Assembly (NCBI GenBank): GCA_029560465.1
Contig: JAKQKX010000069.1
Span: 77,021-141,020 of the forward strand
DNA: 64,000 bases
DNA from: Candidatus Omnitrophota bacterium
GTDB lineage: Bacteria; Omnitrophota; Gorgyraeia; Zapsychrales; JANLHA01
Direction of reading: 5' to 3'
Shown: positions 18,759-28,259 of the stretch, in pieces
How positions within the stretch are numbered: the stretch's first letter is position 1
How the letters are laid out: each line of letters begins with the position of its first letter
Program-made: the position numbers and the translations under genes
Notes under the pieces: generated by a model
The model's database searches: none
What the model was told of the DNA's origin: nothing
What the model saw: only the letters and a program-made list of their open reading frames with translations

Positions 18759-19742
18759 ATGATTAGGCGAAAAATATGTGTTTTATTTTGCGTGCTATTT
18801 TTGACGCTGGCTGTCGCTGGGCACGGCCAGGGGAGAGAGCCGGGTGCTGGATTCGTTCCGTCCCAGGGACGGGTGCTTGTTATTGGCCAGCAGAAAGACA
18901 GCATGGAAATATATATCAAAGAGTTCGGGACCGTGCCGGCCGGGTTTATGATTTACACCTCTATTCAGGAACTGAACGGACTCGAGCAGCCTGATGATAA
19001 GGGCGCCGGAGTCGGCCACGGCCAGTATTGGGTGGACACCTATCCGGGGACGGTTCTGCAGGTCGGATTGTATCTGGTGGGGGCTTTGCCGGAAATCCTC
19101 TCCGGACAATATGATGATCATCTCAGGAAGATGGGGGAATGGATCCTTCGAACCCGTCGGCCGGTTTATTTAAGGATCGGGTATGAGTTTGATAATAAAG
19201 ACAACCAGTATGACCCTAAGCTGTATCAACAGGCGTTCCGCTATATCGTGGAGATGTTCCAGAAGCAAGGTGTGACCAACACGGCTTTTGTCTGGCATTC
19301 CACGGCTTATTCGGAGGGCGGAGTTGCCGTGATGGATTGGTATCCCGGCGATGCTTATGTTGATTGGTTTGGGGTTTCGTTTTTTTCAACGCAGCAACGC
19401 AGCCAGGTTGAAGCATTTTGCCGGCTGGCCCGTGAGCACGGGAAACCGGTTATGATCGCTGAATCCGCGCCGGCCGGCCTTTACACAACCAGAGGAAAAC
19501 TGGAATGGCTGAAACATTTTTTTGATTTGATTGAAAAGGAAGATATCAAGATCGTTTCGTATATCAACAGCGACTGGGACAAACTGCCCATGTTCGCGCA
19601 CATGAAATGGGGTAACAGCCGTCTGCACCGCACGAAAGAACTTCGGGACTATTGGCTTTCGCGCGTGCAGAATTCATCCTACCTTGTTTGTTCACCAGAA
19701 CTTTTTATGATCCTGGGTTTTTCTTCAATACCTTTAAAATAG
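18759..19742 (+). CDS. Glycoside hydrolase family 26-like (beta-mannanase-type) secreted enzyme
   Basis: Signal peptide; RIGYEFDN (acid/base Glu context), WYPGDAYVDWFGVSFF and KPVMIAESAP (nucleophile Glu context) resemble GH26 signatures. Confidence 0.55.
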   Translation: MIRRKICVLFCVLFLTLAVAGHGQGREPGAGFVPSQGRVLVIGQQKDSMEIYIKEFGTVPAGFMIYTSIQELNGLEQPDDKGAGVGHGQYWVDTYPGTVLQVGLYLVGALPEILSGQYDDHLRKMGEWILRTRRPVYLRIGYEFDNKDNQYDPKLYQQAFRYIVEMFQKQGVTNTAFVWHSTAYSEGGVAVMDWYPGDAYVDWFGVSFFSTQQRSQVEAFCRLAREHGKPVMIAESAPAGLYTTRGKLEWLKHFFDLIEKEDIKIVSYINSDWDKLPMFAHMKWGNSRLHRTKELRDYWLSRVQNSSYLVCSPELFMILGFSSIPLK

Positions 19743-19791
19743 TATCCCGGAAGAGCAATAGGTTTTCGGGCGTGCGTTCTAGCGGGGAAGA

Positions 19792-22155
19792 TCATTGAGC
19801 CGTGAGGGCGAGAGGAATTTTAACGAGGCGGTCCGCGGACGTGCTTTCGCAGATATTGGCTTTGATTTGAAGGCGGTTTTCCGTCAGGTGTCCTTCCTGT
19901 ATGAGCAGGGCTTTGAGATTTTCCGCTCTCTGTTTTCCAATATCCTGCAGAACAGCGGTTTCGACCTGATACCTTTCCACAAGCTGTTTTCGGAGTTCTT
20001 TGTAAAAGGCGGCCCTGTTTTCCGCCTTGTCCTGGCCCTCCCGGGCCAGCTGCCGGTATGTGTCGCGCAATTCGGTTAATGGTTTCCATCCGACATATTT
20101 TTTATACATCTGTTCAAGGATAAATTCCTCGGATTTGGTCGATTCCCGTCTCGCCTCAGCGTAGCTATTTTGAAACGCGGCGAGTCTTAACGCGTCCGTG
20201 TCACTTTGTGGGTCGTATGCTCCCTGTATTTCCAGAATAAGTTTGGGCCGATCCAGGAGGGCCTTGGATATCTTCAGGACTTTTTCTCTCTGCGGGCCGG
20301 TTAAGTCGGCTGTCCCGGCCGGAAAGCCGATGTAATCCAGCGGTTCGCTGGATTCTCCTCCTCCCACCAGGCCGGCGAGCATGCTGAACGGGGCGGTGAC
20401 AATTTTGGTGAAAATATTTTTAAACGCCATCAGAATAATATGCTTGAATTCAAATTCCGGCTCCGCCGGATTCCCTTTCACGGGTATCGCGAGGTCAATT
20501 TGCTGACGGCTGTCTTCCATAATAGCCAGGGCCAGCTTAATCGGCACTTTAATGGCGTCGGGGCTGTCGACTTTATTGCCCAGGGTGAATTTGTTTAAGA
20601 TCAGGCGATGGTCTCCGGCCATTTGCTGTGGTTTGATGTCATAGGAGATGTCTATTTTTAAACGCCCCAGGTCGATCGCATATCCAAGATATTTCCCGAA
20701 ATAGGGGGAAAGAGCCGTCATTTCATAATCCTGTAAGGATAAACTCAATTTTTTATCCGCGTCCATATTGAGCGGATAAACATAACCGTTGATCGCCAGA
20801 GTACCGGTGGTATCCAGGCGAGTTTTAAGATCAAAGTCGGTGCGCTGGGCGCTGTGCCCGGAAACAGGGGCCAGGGTCAGGTCCAGGGAAGACACGTTTG
20901 TTTTGAACGGCGGCTTAACGGATTGATCGGTGAAGGAGACGGTCCCGTCCTTGAATTGCACCCGGTTGACCAAAAACTGAAAAGCCGGGTTCGAATTTAA
21001 GGTTCCTGCGGTCCCGGCTTGACTTGGCTGGGCCGGAGGTGTTGGGCCGGGTTTTGCTTCCGTATCGGACGGCCCGGGTGATGCCGGGGCGAATAACCGC
21101 ACGAAATTGATTTGGCCTTTTTCGTCCATGACGGCGGAAATATGGAGTTTATCCAAGAGGATGTCTTCAATGTTCAGGGTTTGGTCCAGGAGGGAAAGAT
21201 TGATATTCTTAAAGGAAAGAGTTTCCCACCCGAAAACGTCCATTTGGGTTTGGGGGTCAAAAATTTTTAAACCTGCCAAACGCAAGGACCCTTTAAAGCC
21301 AGCATTAGGCTGGGCCTGATTCCCTGCTCGGTAAGACATTTCGCCGTTCAGGGACAAGGTCCCGTCCTTAAGCTGCAGGGGGAGGGTATTGGCGATATAC
21401 GGCTGCAGGACGTTTAAGGGTATGGAATGGATATCAATGGTCGTGTGACAGGCTAAGGCCCCGATCGAGCAGGCGCCCTGAACAGCAATCGTTCCCTGGG
21501 GGCCGTTGAGGAGGCGGACCTGTAAGCCGCTGGCTTTGTCGACTCGGGTGGTTAGATGCTCCAGACGGGTGTTGATGGGCCGGAGAGAGAATTCAAAGGG
21601 TGTTTGCGGTGTTTCATCGCGAAAATGGACTGTGCCGTTTGTGAGGCGGAAGGAAGAGATGAGGACCGCTTTGGGGTTTTCCTTTTTATCTTCTTGCTCC
21701 TCTGTTTCGGGTTTTGGAGTCGGCGAAGGGGCGCCGTCGCCTGGTGTGGCAGCGTCCCCGGCAGGCGGTACTAAGTCTAACAGGTTCAAGCGGCCGTCCC
21801 GGGTTAAGACGATGTTGATATACGGCTGGTCTAGAAAAATATGTTGAAACGACCAATCATCAGCCCAAAGGGAGGACAACTGAAAGTCAACGTCCAGTCC
21901 TTCAAACCCGACAACCCGGGTTCCGGATTGGTTGATCAATTCAAACTGCTGCAGGGTGAACCTGAATTGGAAGGGGTCGAAGTGTATCTTGCGGATATAG
22001 ATGTTATGTCTAAGGAGGGCCGGGATTTTATGACTCAGCGTCCAGTGCAGCGCGTACGGCACAACAACACACCCCAGGAAGGCGTAGAATAATATCAGTC
22101 CAATGAAAATATAAGCAATTTTCTTGAGAAATTTTGGCGCTGATATTTTTATCAT
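19792..22155 (-). CDS. DUF748 / AsmA-like large envelope protein
   Basis: 787 aa with an N-terminal TM anchor followed by the IHFDPFQFRF...DLVPP AsmA/DUF748-like N-domain and a Pro/Thr-rich linker. Confidence 0.55.
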   Translation of the reverse strand: MIKISAPKFLKKIAYIFIGLILFYAFLGCVVVPYALHWTLSHKIPALLRHNIYIRKIHFDPFQFRFTLQQFELINQSGTRVVGFEGLDVDFQLSSLWADDWSFQHIFLDQPYINIVLTRDGRLNLLDLVPPAGDAATPGDGAPSPTPKPETEEQEDKKENPKAVLISSFRLTNGTVHFRDETPQTPFEFSLRPINTRLEHLTTRVDKASGLQVRLLNGPQGTIAVQGACSIGALACHTTIDIHSIPLNVLQPYIANTLPLQLKDGTLSLNGEMSYRAGNQAQPNAGFKGSLRLAGLKIFDPQTQMDVFGWETLSFKNINLSLLDQTLNIEDILLDKLHISAVMDEKGQINFVRLFAPASPGPSDTEAKPGPTPPAQPSQAGTAGTLNSNPAFQFLVNRVQFKDGTVSFTDQSVKPPFKTNVSSLDLTLAPVSGHSAQRTDFDLKTRLDTTGTLAINGYVYPLNMDADKKLSLSLQDYEMTALSPYFGKYLGYAIDLGRLKIDISYDIKPQQMAGDHRLILNKFTLGNKVDSPDAIKVPIKLALAIMEDSRQQIDLAIPVKGNPAEPEFEFKHIILMAFKNIFTKIVTAPFSMLAGLVGGGESSEPLDYIGFPAGTADLTGPQREKVLKISKALLDRPKLILEIQGAYDPQSDTDALRLAAFQNSYAEARRESTKSEEFILEQMYKKYVGWKPLTELRDTYRQLAREGQDKAENRAAFYKELRKQLVERYQVETAVLQDIGKQRAENLKALLIQEGHLTENRLQIKANICESTSADRLVKIPLALTAQ

Positions 22156-22236
22156 AAGACGGCAACAGGTATATCCCAGGTTGATTTTCCAGAAAGGCAG
22201 TCAGGCTGGGGCAACCGGAGCGTTGGGTTCGGGTTT

Positions 22237-22650
22237 TTATTTTGATTTAAAAAACTGTTCGAGCCGTGACAGGTTTTTTTCAATCACAGCCAATTCATCC
22301 TCTGAGGCCGTAGACAGTTGCTGCAAGCCGGGAAGCATATCGGGGGTGTCGCTCTTTTTTAATTTTATGATAGTTATGCCGGTAGCGATTTTTTGAAGTA
22401 ATAGCGAGAAACTTTCCGGGGTCAATCCGTGATCCCGGAGCAACTGATCTCGTTCTTCTTTGAATTTTAGGCTCTTTGGAATCGCATTGATATTGTTTGC
22501 GTTTTCTCCATATTTCCACGCAATTTCTTTATATTGGGAGAAAACATTAATGAACTTATTAATAACATCATCATTCAAGACCAAGTCATCCGCAGCGATG
22601 GCGCTGACACACAAGCCCAGGATGCATAACGCCGTGATAAAGATTTTCAT
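22237..22650 (-). CDS. Small secreted hypothetical protein
   Basis: Signal peptide MKIFITALCILGLCVSAIAADD; no recognisable domain. Confidence 0.45.
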   Translation of the reverse strand: MKIFITALCILGLCVSAIAADDLVLNDDVINKFINVFSQYKEIAWKYGENANNINAIPKSLKFKEERDQLLRDHGLTPESFSLLLQKIATGITIIKLKKSDTPDMLPGLQQLSTASEDELAVIEKNLSRLEQFFKSK

Positions 22651-22976
22651 GTCATTTCTCCTTAAGGGTGCACTCGGTGAATTTGGCTGTGCCTATGGTA
22701 TCATTAAAAAGAAAGGACGGCAATAAATAACCCTTTTAAAGTATCATGTTTTGTCTGTATAATACAACAAAAAGGCTTGAATGGGAAGAGGGTGTGTGTT
22801 AGCGTAATCATGGTTTGTGGTTCTCTGTCCCTTTTTCACGGAAGTGAAATTAATAAAAAAAATCCGTTTGAAACGCCAAGAATCATTGGACATTATGAGG
22901 GCAGCCGTAGAAAATGGGGTGTGGCTGTCCTTGCTTGCGTACGATGGAGTTATTAAATACTTTCTAAAGGTGTCGT

Positions 22977-24122
22977 ATGAATACGCTTGTGTTAATAGGG
23001 GTTTTGTTTTGCGTTGCGCCTGTGATGGCTCTGGCCGGGGATGTTCCGCAAGACGGAATTCATACACAATATTATGATTCCGGCAAGATTAAAGCGGAAT
23101 ATCGTTATCAAAACGGTCAATTAAACGGCCCGGCGAAGCTGTATTATGAAAATGGGTTTCTACGGGAAGAAGCCTTTTATAAAGAGGGGCGGCTTCACGG
23201 GATTAACAAGAAATATTATACCAACGGGCTGCTTTCCGAACGGATGACGTATAATAACGGTGTCCTTGCCGACGTGCCGTTTAAATTTGAATATGGGGAT
23301 ATCCCTTTACATGAGGCTTTGCCGGTGCCGAGAGAGGAACGGAAGATCAAAAGTTCGGCTTGGCGGATTATGCTCGAGGAAAAACAGGCGGGCGAAAACA
23401 GGTCTGTCGCATTGACAAAATTGGAGGAATTTATCAGGGCGCGGCTTATGTTTGCCGGCATCCTGGAGGTGGATTACACCTTGACGCTGGAGCAGGACCA
23501 AATTTATGTCCGGGTCAACAGTTTATTTGATGCACAGGATTTTGTCCTGCTGTTTTCTTCTCCCGGTGTCCTTTATTTTAAAGGGATAGAATCATCCCCG
23601 GATGTGATCCAAAATAATGCACAAAAAATTAGCCCGGAATACGAATGGATCGAAATTAATCAAGAAAAATTGATGATGGAGAAACGTCCTTGGTTAACGG
23701 TTAAGGCCGTGGAAACCGCGGATTTCCAGGATGCCGGTTATAACAAAAAGAATCTTGTCCTGAAGTTTAAAGAAGCAGAGGCGGAAGTCCTTAAAAAGAT
23801 GACAGAGAAGCATGTCGGGGAGCAAACAGCGCTTGTCGTTGGAGATTATGTGGTTGCGGTTTTGGATGTGAAGCAGCCCCTGCGTGCGGGTGAACTGACG
23901 CTTGGCAGTGAACTTTTATCAGAGAACATGCAAAAGGTGGTGTTTAGCCTTGTTTTTAGTCCGGATATCCCTGTGAACTTTAAGATTGAAGAAATCAGAG
24001 AAGACACCCCTGGAAAGAATCCTTCAGCCCAAGAGGACTGCTCGTGCAAGATGCTCCGGCCCGTAGAAAAGCCCGATGGAAGGGTATCGTTGCGCTTAGC
24101 ACGGTATCTTGCGGTTTATTGA
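22977..24122 (+). CDS. Secreted MORN/YwqK-repeat protein
   Basis: Signal peptide followed by four or more YxNGxxxxE/G repeats (YYDSGKIKAEYRYQNGQLNGPAKLYYENG...). Confidence 0.55.
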   Translation: MNTLVLIGVLFCVAPVMALAGDVPQDGIHTQYYDSGKIKAEYRYQNGQLNGPAKLYYENGFLREEAFYKEGRLHGINKKYYTNGLLSERMTYNNGVLADVPFKFEYGDIPLHEALPVPREERKIKSSAWRIMLEEKQAGENRSVALTKLEEFIRARLMFAGILEVDYTLTLEQDQIYVRVNSLFDAQDFVLLFSSPGVLYFKGIESSPDVIQNNAQKISPEYEWIEINQEKLMMEKRPWLTVKAVETADFQDAGYNKKNLVLKFKEAEAEVLKKMTEKHVGEQTALVVGDYVVAVLDVKQPLRAGELTLGSELLSENMQKVVFSLVFSPDIPVNFKIEEIREDTPGKNPSAQEDCSCKMLRPVEKPDGRVSLRLARYLAVY

Positions 24123-24459
24123 GCGCCTGTTTTACGGCCGCTGGAGCGAATTGTTGTGGGGGGGAATAGCCGTCTTGGGGGAAGAGATTCCCGATGACCT
24201 GTCGATACCCTGTGCAATATTTATGAAACGATGATGGATGCCCTCCTTATTTCATTAGAAGAACATTCTTTCCTTAAATTTCTTTCATTTAACTTTTTCG
24301 CGCTATTATATCCCCTGGACAGGGGCATTTTTAGAAAACACTATGATACGCAGGATAGCCCAAGCAGGGTTTCTGCGCGTTTTTTATTTTATGCAACAAA
24401 AGGTCCTGGCTGGTTGTCAAAAGGAGTGAAGGATCAACCAGCAACAACAGGAGGATGTT

Positions 24460-24951
24460 ATGATGAATCATGTTAAATTTGACAGGAAGATTTTGATGAC
24501 AGGGGGGCTGTTAGCGGGCCTCTGCTTGAGTCAGACGGTTAGTGCGGGGGAGATGGAGCTGGCGAAACGCCATGGCCCCACAAGGCATAAGGAGGAGAGG
24601 GGGTGGAGTTCTTATGACCACGGGAGCCACGCTATGCGCTATCCCGATCACAGGCATTATCGCCTACTGTCCCCTTATTTCAATGTTGAAGGGGGAGGGC
24701 AGTTCATTCGAAGCTTGCCATTTCGTACGGAAAGAATATATTTTAACGGGGCGGTCTTTTATTACTATAATGGCCTTTTTTATCGTCCCAAGGATTACGG
24801 ATATATCCTGGTGGCAGCGCCTATCGGGATCTGTGTCGCACGCTTGCCTGCTGTTCATCGCGGGGTTATCCACCATGAAGGGCCGGCGTATGAACATAAT
24901 GGCCATTTTTACGTTAAATATCATGGAAAATATAAAGTCATCGCTCCTTAG
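24460..24951 (+). CDS. Secreted hypothetical protein, His/Tyr-rich
   Basis: AGGAGG Shine-Dalgarno and signal peptide; no recognisable domain. Confidence 0.45.
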   Translation: MMNHVKFDRKILMTGGLLAGLCLSQTVSAGEMELAKRHGPTRHKEERGWSSYDHGSHAMRYPDHRHYRLLSPYFNVEGGGQFIRSLPFRTERIYFNGAVFYYYNGLFYRPKDYGYILVAAPIGICVARLPAVHRGVIHHEGPAYEHNGHFYVKYHGKYKVIAP

Positions 24952-25050
24952 CTTTATTGGGCTGCCCCGGCGTGGAGAGAAAGATGCCGCCATGGTTTGT
25001 CTTTTTGATAAAAAATATATAGTTATAAATTGAAGGGACTCCGGGAGAGC

Positions 25051-25605
25051 ATGCAGGAGATACCAGAAGATATTATTCGTGCGGCCGCGCAAGGGGACCG
25101 GTCATCGTTTCGGATCATTTACGACAGATCCAGTGACTACGTTTACGGCTTAGCGGCCCGTATTCTGGGCCAGGAACAGGATGCCGAAGAAGTTACTCAA
25201 GATGTTTTTGTGCAGATTTATCAGCGGTTGAAAGACTTTCGTTTTGAAGCGTCGCTCAAGACTTGGATATACCGGATTACGGTCAATACCGCTTATAATT
25301 ATCATAAAAAAAATAAAAGGCGGTACAAGAGACTTGCGGATTACAGGCAAGAAACCGAGTATGTGGTGTCAACTAGGTCGGGTCAAGAAGGATATGATGA
25401 TGGCAGGGAATCCATCGACTGGCTGTTGAGTGCGCTTCCGCAAGACCAGCGGACATGTATTATATTACGGAGCATTGAGAATTTGAGTTATGAAGAAATT
25501 TCCGAAGTCCTCAAGGTGAATATTAATACGGTTCGCAGCCGGGTTATGCGTGCGAGAGAAAAGCTGATGTCTTTGAAGGAGGTGTTGCGGAATGAAGGCC
25601 TATAA
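25051..25605 (+). CDS. ECF-type RNA polymerase sigma-70 factor
   Basis: Region 2 (DAEEVTQDVFVQIYQRLKDFRFEASLKTWIYRITVNTAYNY) and region 4 HTH (LSYEEISEVLKVNINTVRSRV). Confidence 0.85.
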   Translation: MQEIPEDIIRAAAQGDRSSFRIIYDRSSDYVYGLAARILGQEQDAEEVTQDVFVQIYQRLKDFRFEASLKTWIYRITVNTAYNYHKKNKRRYKRLADYRQETEYVVSTRSGQEGYDDGRESIDWLLSALPQDQRTCIILRSIENLSYEEISEVLKVNINTVRSRVMRAREKLMSLKEVLRNEGL

Positions 25606-26071
25606 GAAACACGTCAAAAGGTTGATTCTTACAGATTATTTGGATAATCGACTTGGGGAAAAGCAGAAACATGAGATGGACCGTATTATTGCTGAAGACG
25701 AAGAATTAAGAGGCTTCTTACGGGAAGCCCGGAACAAAACGGTTTCGCCTTTTTCTGCTGCCCCTGTTTTTCATGCTCCGGAGAGGATATGGGTTGGCGT
25801 GGAGGGGCGGCTGGCAGAACTTCCGCCGCCGGCGAATTCCCGATTTTGGCCCGGGTGGCTTTTTGATTTGCCGCAATCCCGTTGGGTGTGGGCGGAATTC
25901 GGGTTCGCTTTAGTTTTGATTTTAGCGATGACGTTTGTCCGGACAGGGGGGCAGTCCTTCGCGCGCTATGATAAGGATTCACAAATTGAATATTTGATGT
26001 TTCTGACCCAGGGCCAGGCAGGGGCTGGGGTTGGGGAATCGAAAACAAATATTGAAAAGTTTTTCCTGTAA
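25592..26071 (+). CDS. Putative membrane anti-sigma factor
   Basis: Overlaps the sigma gene stop by 14 nt (translationally coupled); cytoplasmic N-terminus, single TM (FALVLILAMTFV), periplasmic tail. Confidence 0.45.
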   Translation: MKAYKKHVKRLILTDYLDNRLGEKQKHEMDRIIAEDEELRGFLREARNKTVSPFSAAPVFHAPERIWVGVEGRLAELPPPANSRFWPGWLFDLPQSRWVWAEFGFALVLILAMTFVRTGGQSFARYDKDSQIEYLMFLTQGQAGAGVGESKTNIEKFFL

Positions 26072-26096
26072 AAGATAATTAATAAGGGAGCGGATT

Positions 26097-26540
26097 ATGA
26101 ACAACTTGAAAACATGGTCGGCTATTGTTTTAACTTTTTTATTAGGATTGTCAGGATGGGCTGGGGGAGGCCCAGCCTGGGCGAACCCTAGGTTTGCTGC
26201 CCGGGGCATATTCCTGGCGAAGAATATCAGCAAAGAAGACATGTCTGTCCTTTATGAACGGCTGAATTTGACTGAAAAACAGCGGGTGCAATTGGAAGAA
26301 AATCGTAAAAGGCATCATGAAAGCATGAAAGCCCTGTCTGACCAGCTTGTTTTTATGCGTCAGCAGTTGAATCAGGCGCTAGAAAAATCGGTTTTAGACA
26401 AAGGCGAAATAGACCAGATTAAAGCCCGGATGGACCGTTTGCAGTTAGAGTTGTCCGACCTGCGACTGAAAGGGATTTTGGATGTCCGGGCCATCCTTAC
26501 CCCGGAGCAATATGAAATATTTTCAGAAATTTTGCAGTGA
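26097..26540 (+). CDS. CpxP/Spy-family periplasmic chaperone-like protein
   Basis: Signal peptide; helical LTxxQ-type motifs (LNLTEKQRVQL, ILTPEQYEIF) as in CpxP/Spy. Confidence 0.5.
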   Translation: MNNLKTWSAIVLTFLLGLSGWAGGGPAWANPRFAARGIFLAKNISKEDMSVLYERLNLTEKQRVQLEENRKRHHESMKALSDQLVFMRQQLNQALEKSVLDKGEIDQIKARMDRLQLELSDLRLKGILDVRAILTPEQYEIFSEILQ

Positions 26541-26708
26541 CGCGTTGCCCTGCAGTCTTTCTCTTTTCCAGGGATAATTCCCCCCGCTCTTCCCCGGTTT
26601 TTTCATTTTTTAAAATTTTATGCAACATATTTTTATTGTCTGTTGTCTAAGACAGTGAAAATAGGCGTATCATTTAATGTTTCCGGTATTAAAGAAAGGG
26701 AGGTCCGC

Positions 26709-27098
26709 ATGAAAAGGATTGTCACAATGATTTTGGTTTTAACGGTGTTTTTATCATATCCCGTTTCTGCCTTTGCCAGTCATTGGGATAAGGCCGGGAA
26801 AGCGTTGGCGGTCATTGAAGGATTGCGCGTTTTATCGGGAGGGGACATTGATGTGATTGGAAACCTGACCGGGATTTCCAGGACGGATTATCCGAGGGGC
26901 GTCCCTCCGCGCACGATGGCGGGCCGGAGGGATTGTTCCAGAAAGGTTTGGGTGCCGCACTATAAGTGGGACAGAAGATATGTCCCGGAACATGAAGAAT
27001 ATGATGAGACTCACGGACGGGTTATTGTGGAAGCTCATTTTATTAGGTTTAAGGTTGAGAATGGGGGGCATTGGGAATATGAATATTATTGCGATTAA
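26709..27098 (+). CDS. Small secreted hypothetical protein
   Basis: GGGAGG Shine-Dalgarno before the ATG at 26709; signal peptide MKRIVTMILVLTVFLSYPVSAFA. Confidence 0.45.
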   Translation: MKRIVTMILVLTVFLSYPVSAFASHWDKAGKALAVIEGLRVLSGGDIDVIGNLTGISRTDYPRGVPPRTMAGRRDCSRKVWVPHYKWDRRYVPEHEEYDETHGRVIVEAHFIRFKVENGGHWEYEYYCD

Positions 27099-27259
27099 TC
27101 AACTGAAAGAGTCAATCGCCGCTAGTTTCAGATTTTGGAATTGTACTCCTCCCTTTTGAGGTTATGGGACAGGTCAATCTTGTGCTTGCCATAACCCGTC
27201 ATTTTCTATTATAATGACGTTCAAAAAAGTTTTATATTCACCAAGAGGGAGGAAAGGTT

Positions 27260-27790
27260 ATGAGCAAACAGCTTGGTCCCAAAACCCAACAAAATTTAAG
27301 AACGGCTTTTTCCGGCGAAGCGCAGGCGCGTAATAAATACACGTATTTTGCTCAAGTGGCGAGAAAAGAAGGGTATCTTTATATTGCGAAAATTTTTGAA
27401 GAAACCGCGCAGAATGAGTTAAGTCACGCCAAAGATGAGTTTAAATTTCTGAATGGTCTCGGCGATACGAAAGAGAACCTTAAGGCGGCGATGGAAGGGG
27501 AAATGTACGAAACCATGACGATGTATCCGGAGTTTGCCAAAGACGCGGAAGCGGAAGGGCATAAAGACGTGGCGTGGCTTTTTAAGCAGATCGCTAGAGT
27601 CGAGCAGGAGCACGCCGAAAGGTATAAGAAATTATTGAAGATGGTGGAAGAGGGCACCGTTTACTCCCGGCCTAACCCGATCAAGTGGAAATGTGGTGTC
27701 TGCGGGTATATTCATGAAGGGACGGAGCCTCCACCAAAATGCCCTTGTTGCCAGCATACGAAAGAGCATTTTGAACCGGAAACCATTTGA
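27260..27790 (+). CDS. rbr: Rubrerythrin
   Basis: Ferritin-like diiron domain with ExxH motifs and a C-terminal rubredoxin-like CGVCGY...CPCC domain. Confidence 0.9.
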   Translation: MSKQLGPKTQQNLRTAFSGEAQARNKYTYFAQVARKEGYLYIAKIFEETAQNELSHAKDEFKFLNGLGDTKENLKAAMEGEMYETMTMYPEFAKDAEAEGHKDVAWLFKQIARVEQEHAERYKKLLKMVEEGTVYSRPNPIKWKCGVCGYIHEGTEPPPKCPCCQHTKEHFEPETI

Positions 27791-27825
27791 TTTTTAGAAG
27801 ACACAATGAAGAGGATGGCTAGGAA

Positions 27826-28197
27826 ATGATCAAATTTCATGTTTGTCAGAAAAAGTCTGTGGGCTTCTTTGTTTTTTCGGTTTTAGGAATGGCTTTGTTG
27901 TTGGCGGCAGGGGGCTGTTCTTCGGTCCGGTACTCGTCACGGACGGACAATTACCTGAAAGCCAAGGGGCTGTTTGAAGGCGGTCGGTATGAAGAGGCGG
28001 CGAAGTATTATAAGACTTATCTTGAGGAATACCCGGACAGCCGGTTACATGAAGTGATCTTGTTCCGCCTGGGACAATGTTATCGGCATATGAATGATTT
28101 GACGGGCGCCCGGTCCTCTTTTCAAGCCCTGGTCGAGCGTTATCAAACCGGTTTTTGGGCCGATCAAGCCCAGGAAGCGTTAGCCGAAATCCCTTGA
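27826..28197 (+). CDS. TPR-like lipoprotein
   Basis: Lipobox LLAAGGC; two TPR-like helix pairs. Confidence 0.45.
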   Translation: MIKFHVCQKKSVGFFVFSVLGMALLLAAGGCSSVRYSSRTDNYLKAKGLFEGGRYEEAAKYYKTYLEEYPDSRLHEVILFRLGQCYRHMNDLTGARSSFQALVERYQTGFWADQAQEALAEIP

Positions 28198-28259
28198 TGC
28201 GAGAGCGCAAGAACCCTCGCTATTCCTAACGGTGTTAAAGCTTGAAGAGGATACGATTT

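Noticed and set aside
20941-21000. GGGTTCGAATT string reminiscent of a tRNA T-arm
   Set aside because: It lies inside the DUF748 CDS and lacks acceptor-stem and anticodon-arm complementarity. No tRNA or rRNA was recognised anywhere in the window by eye.
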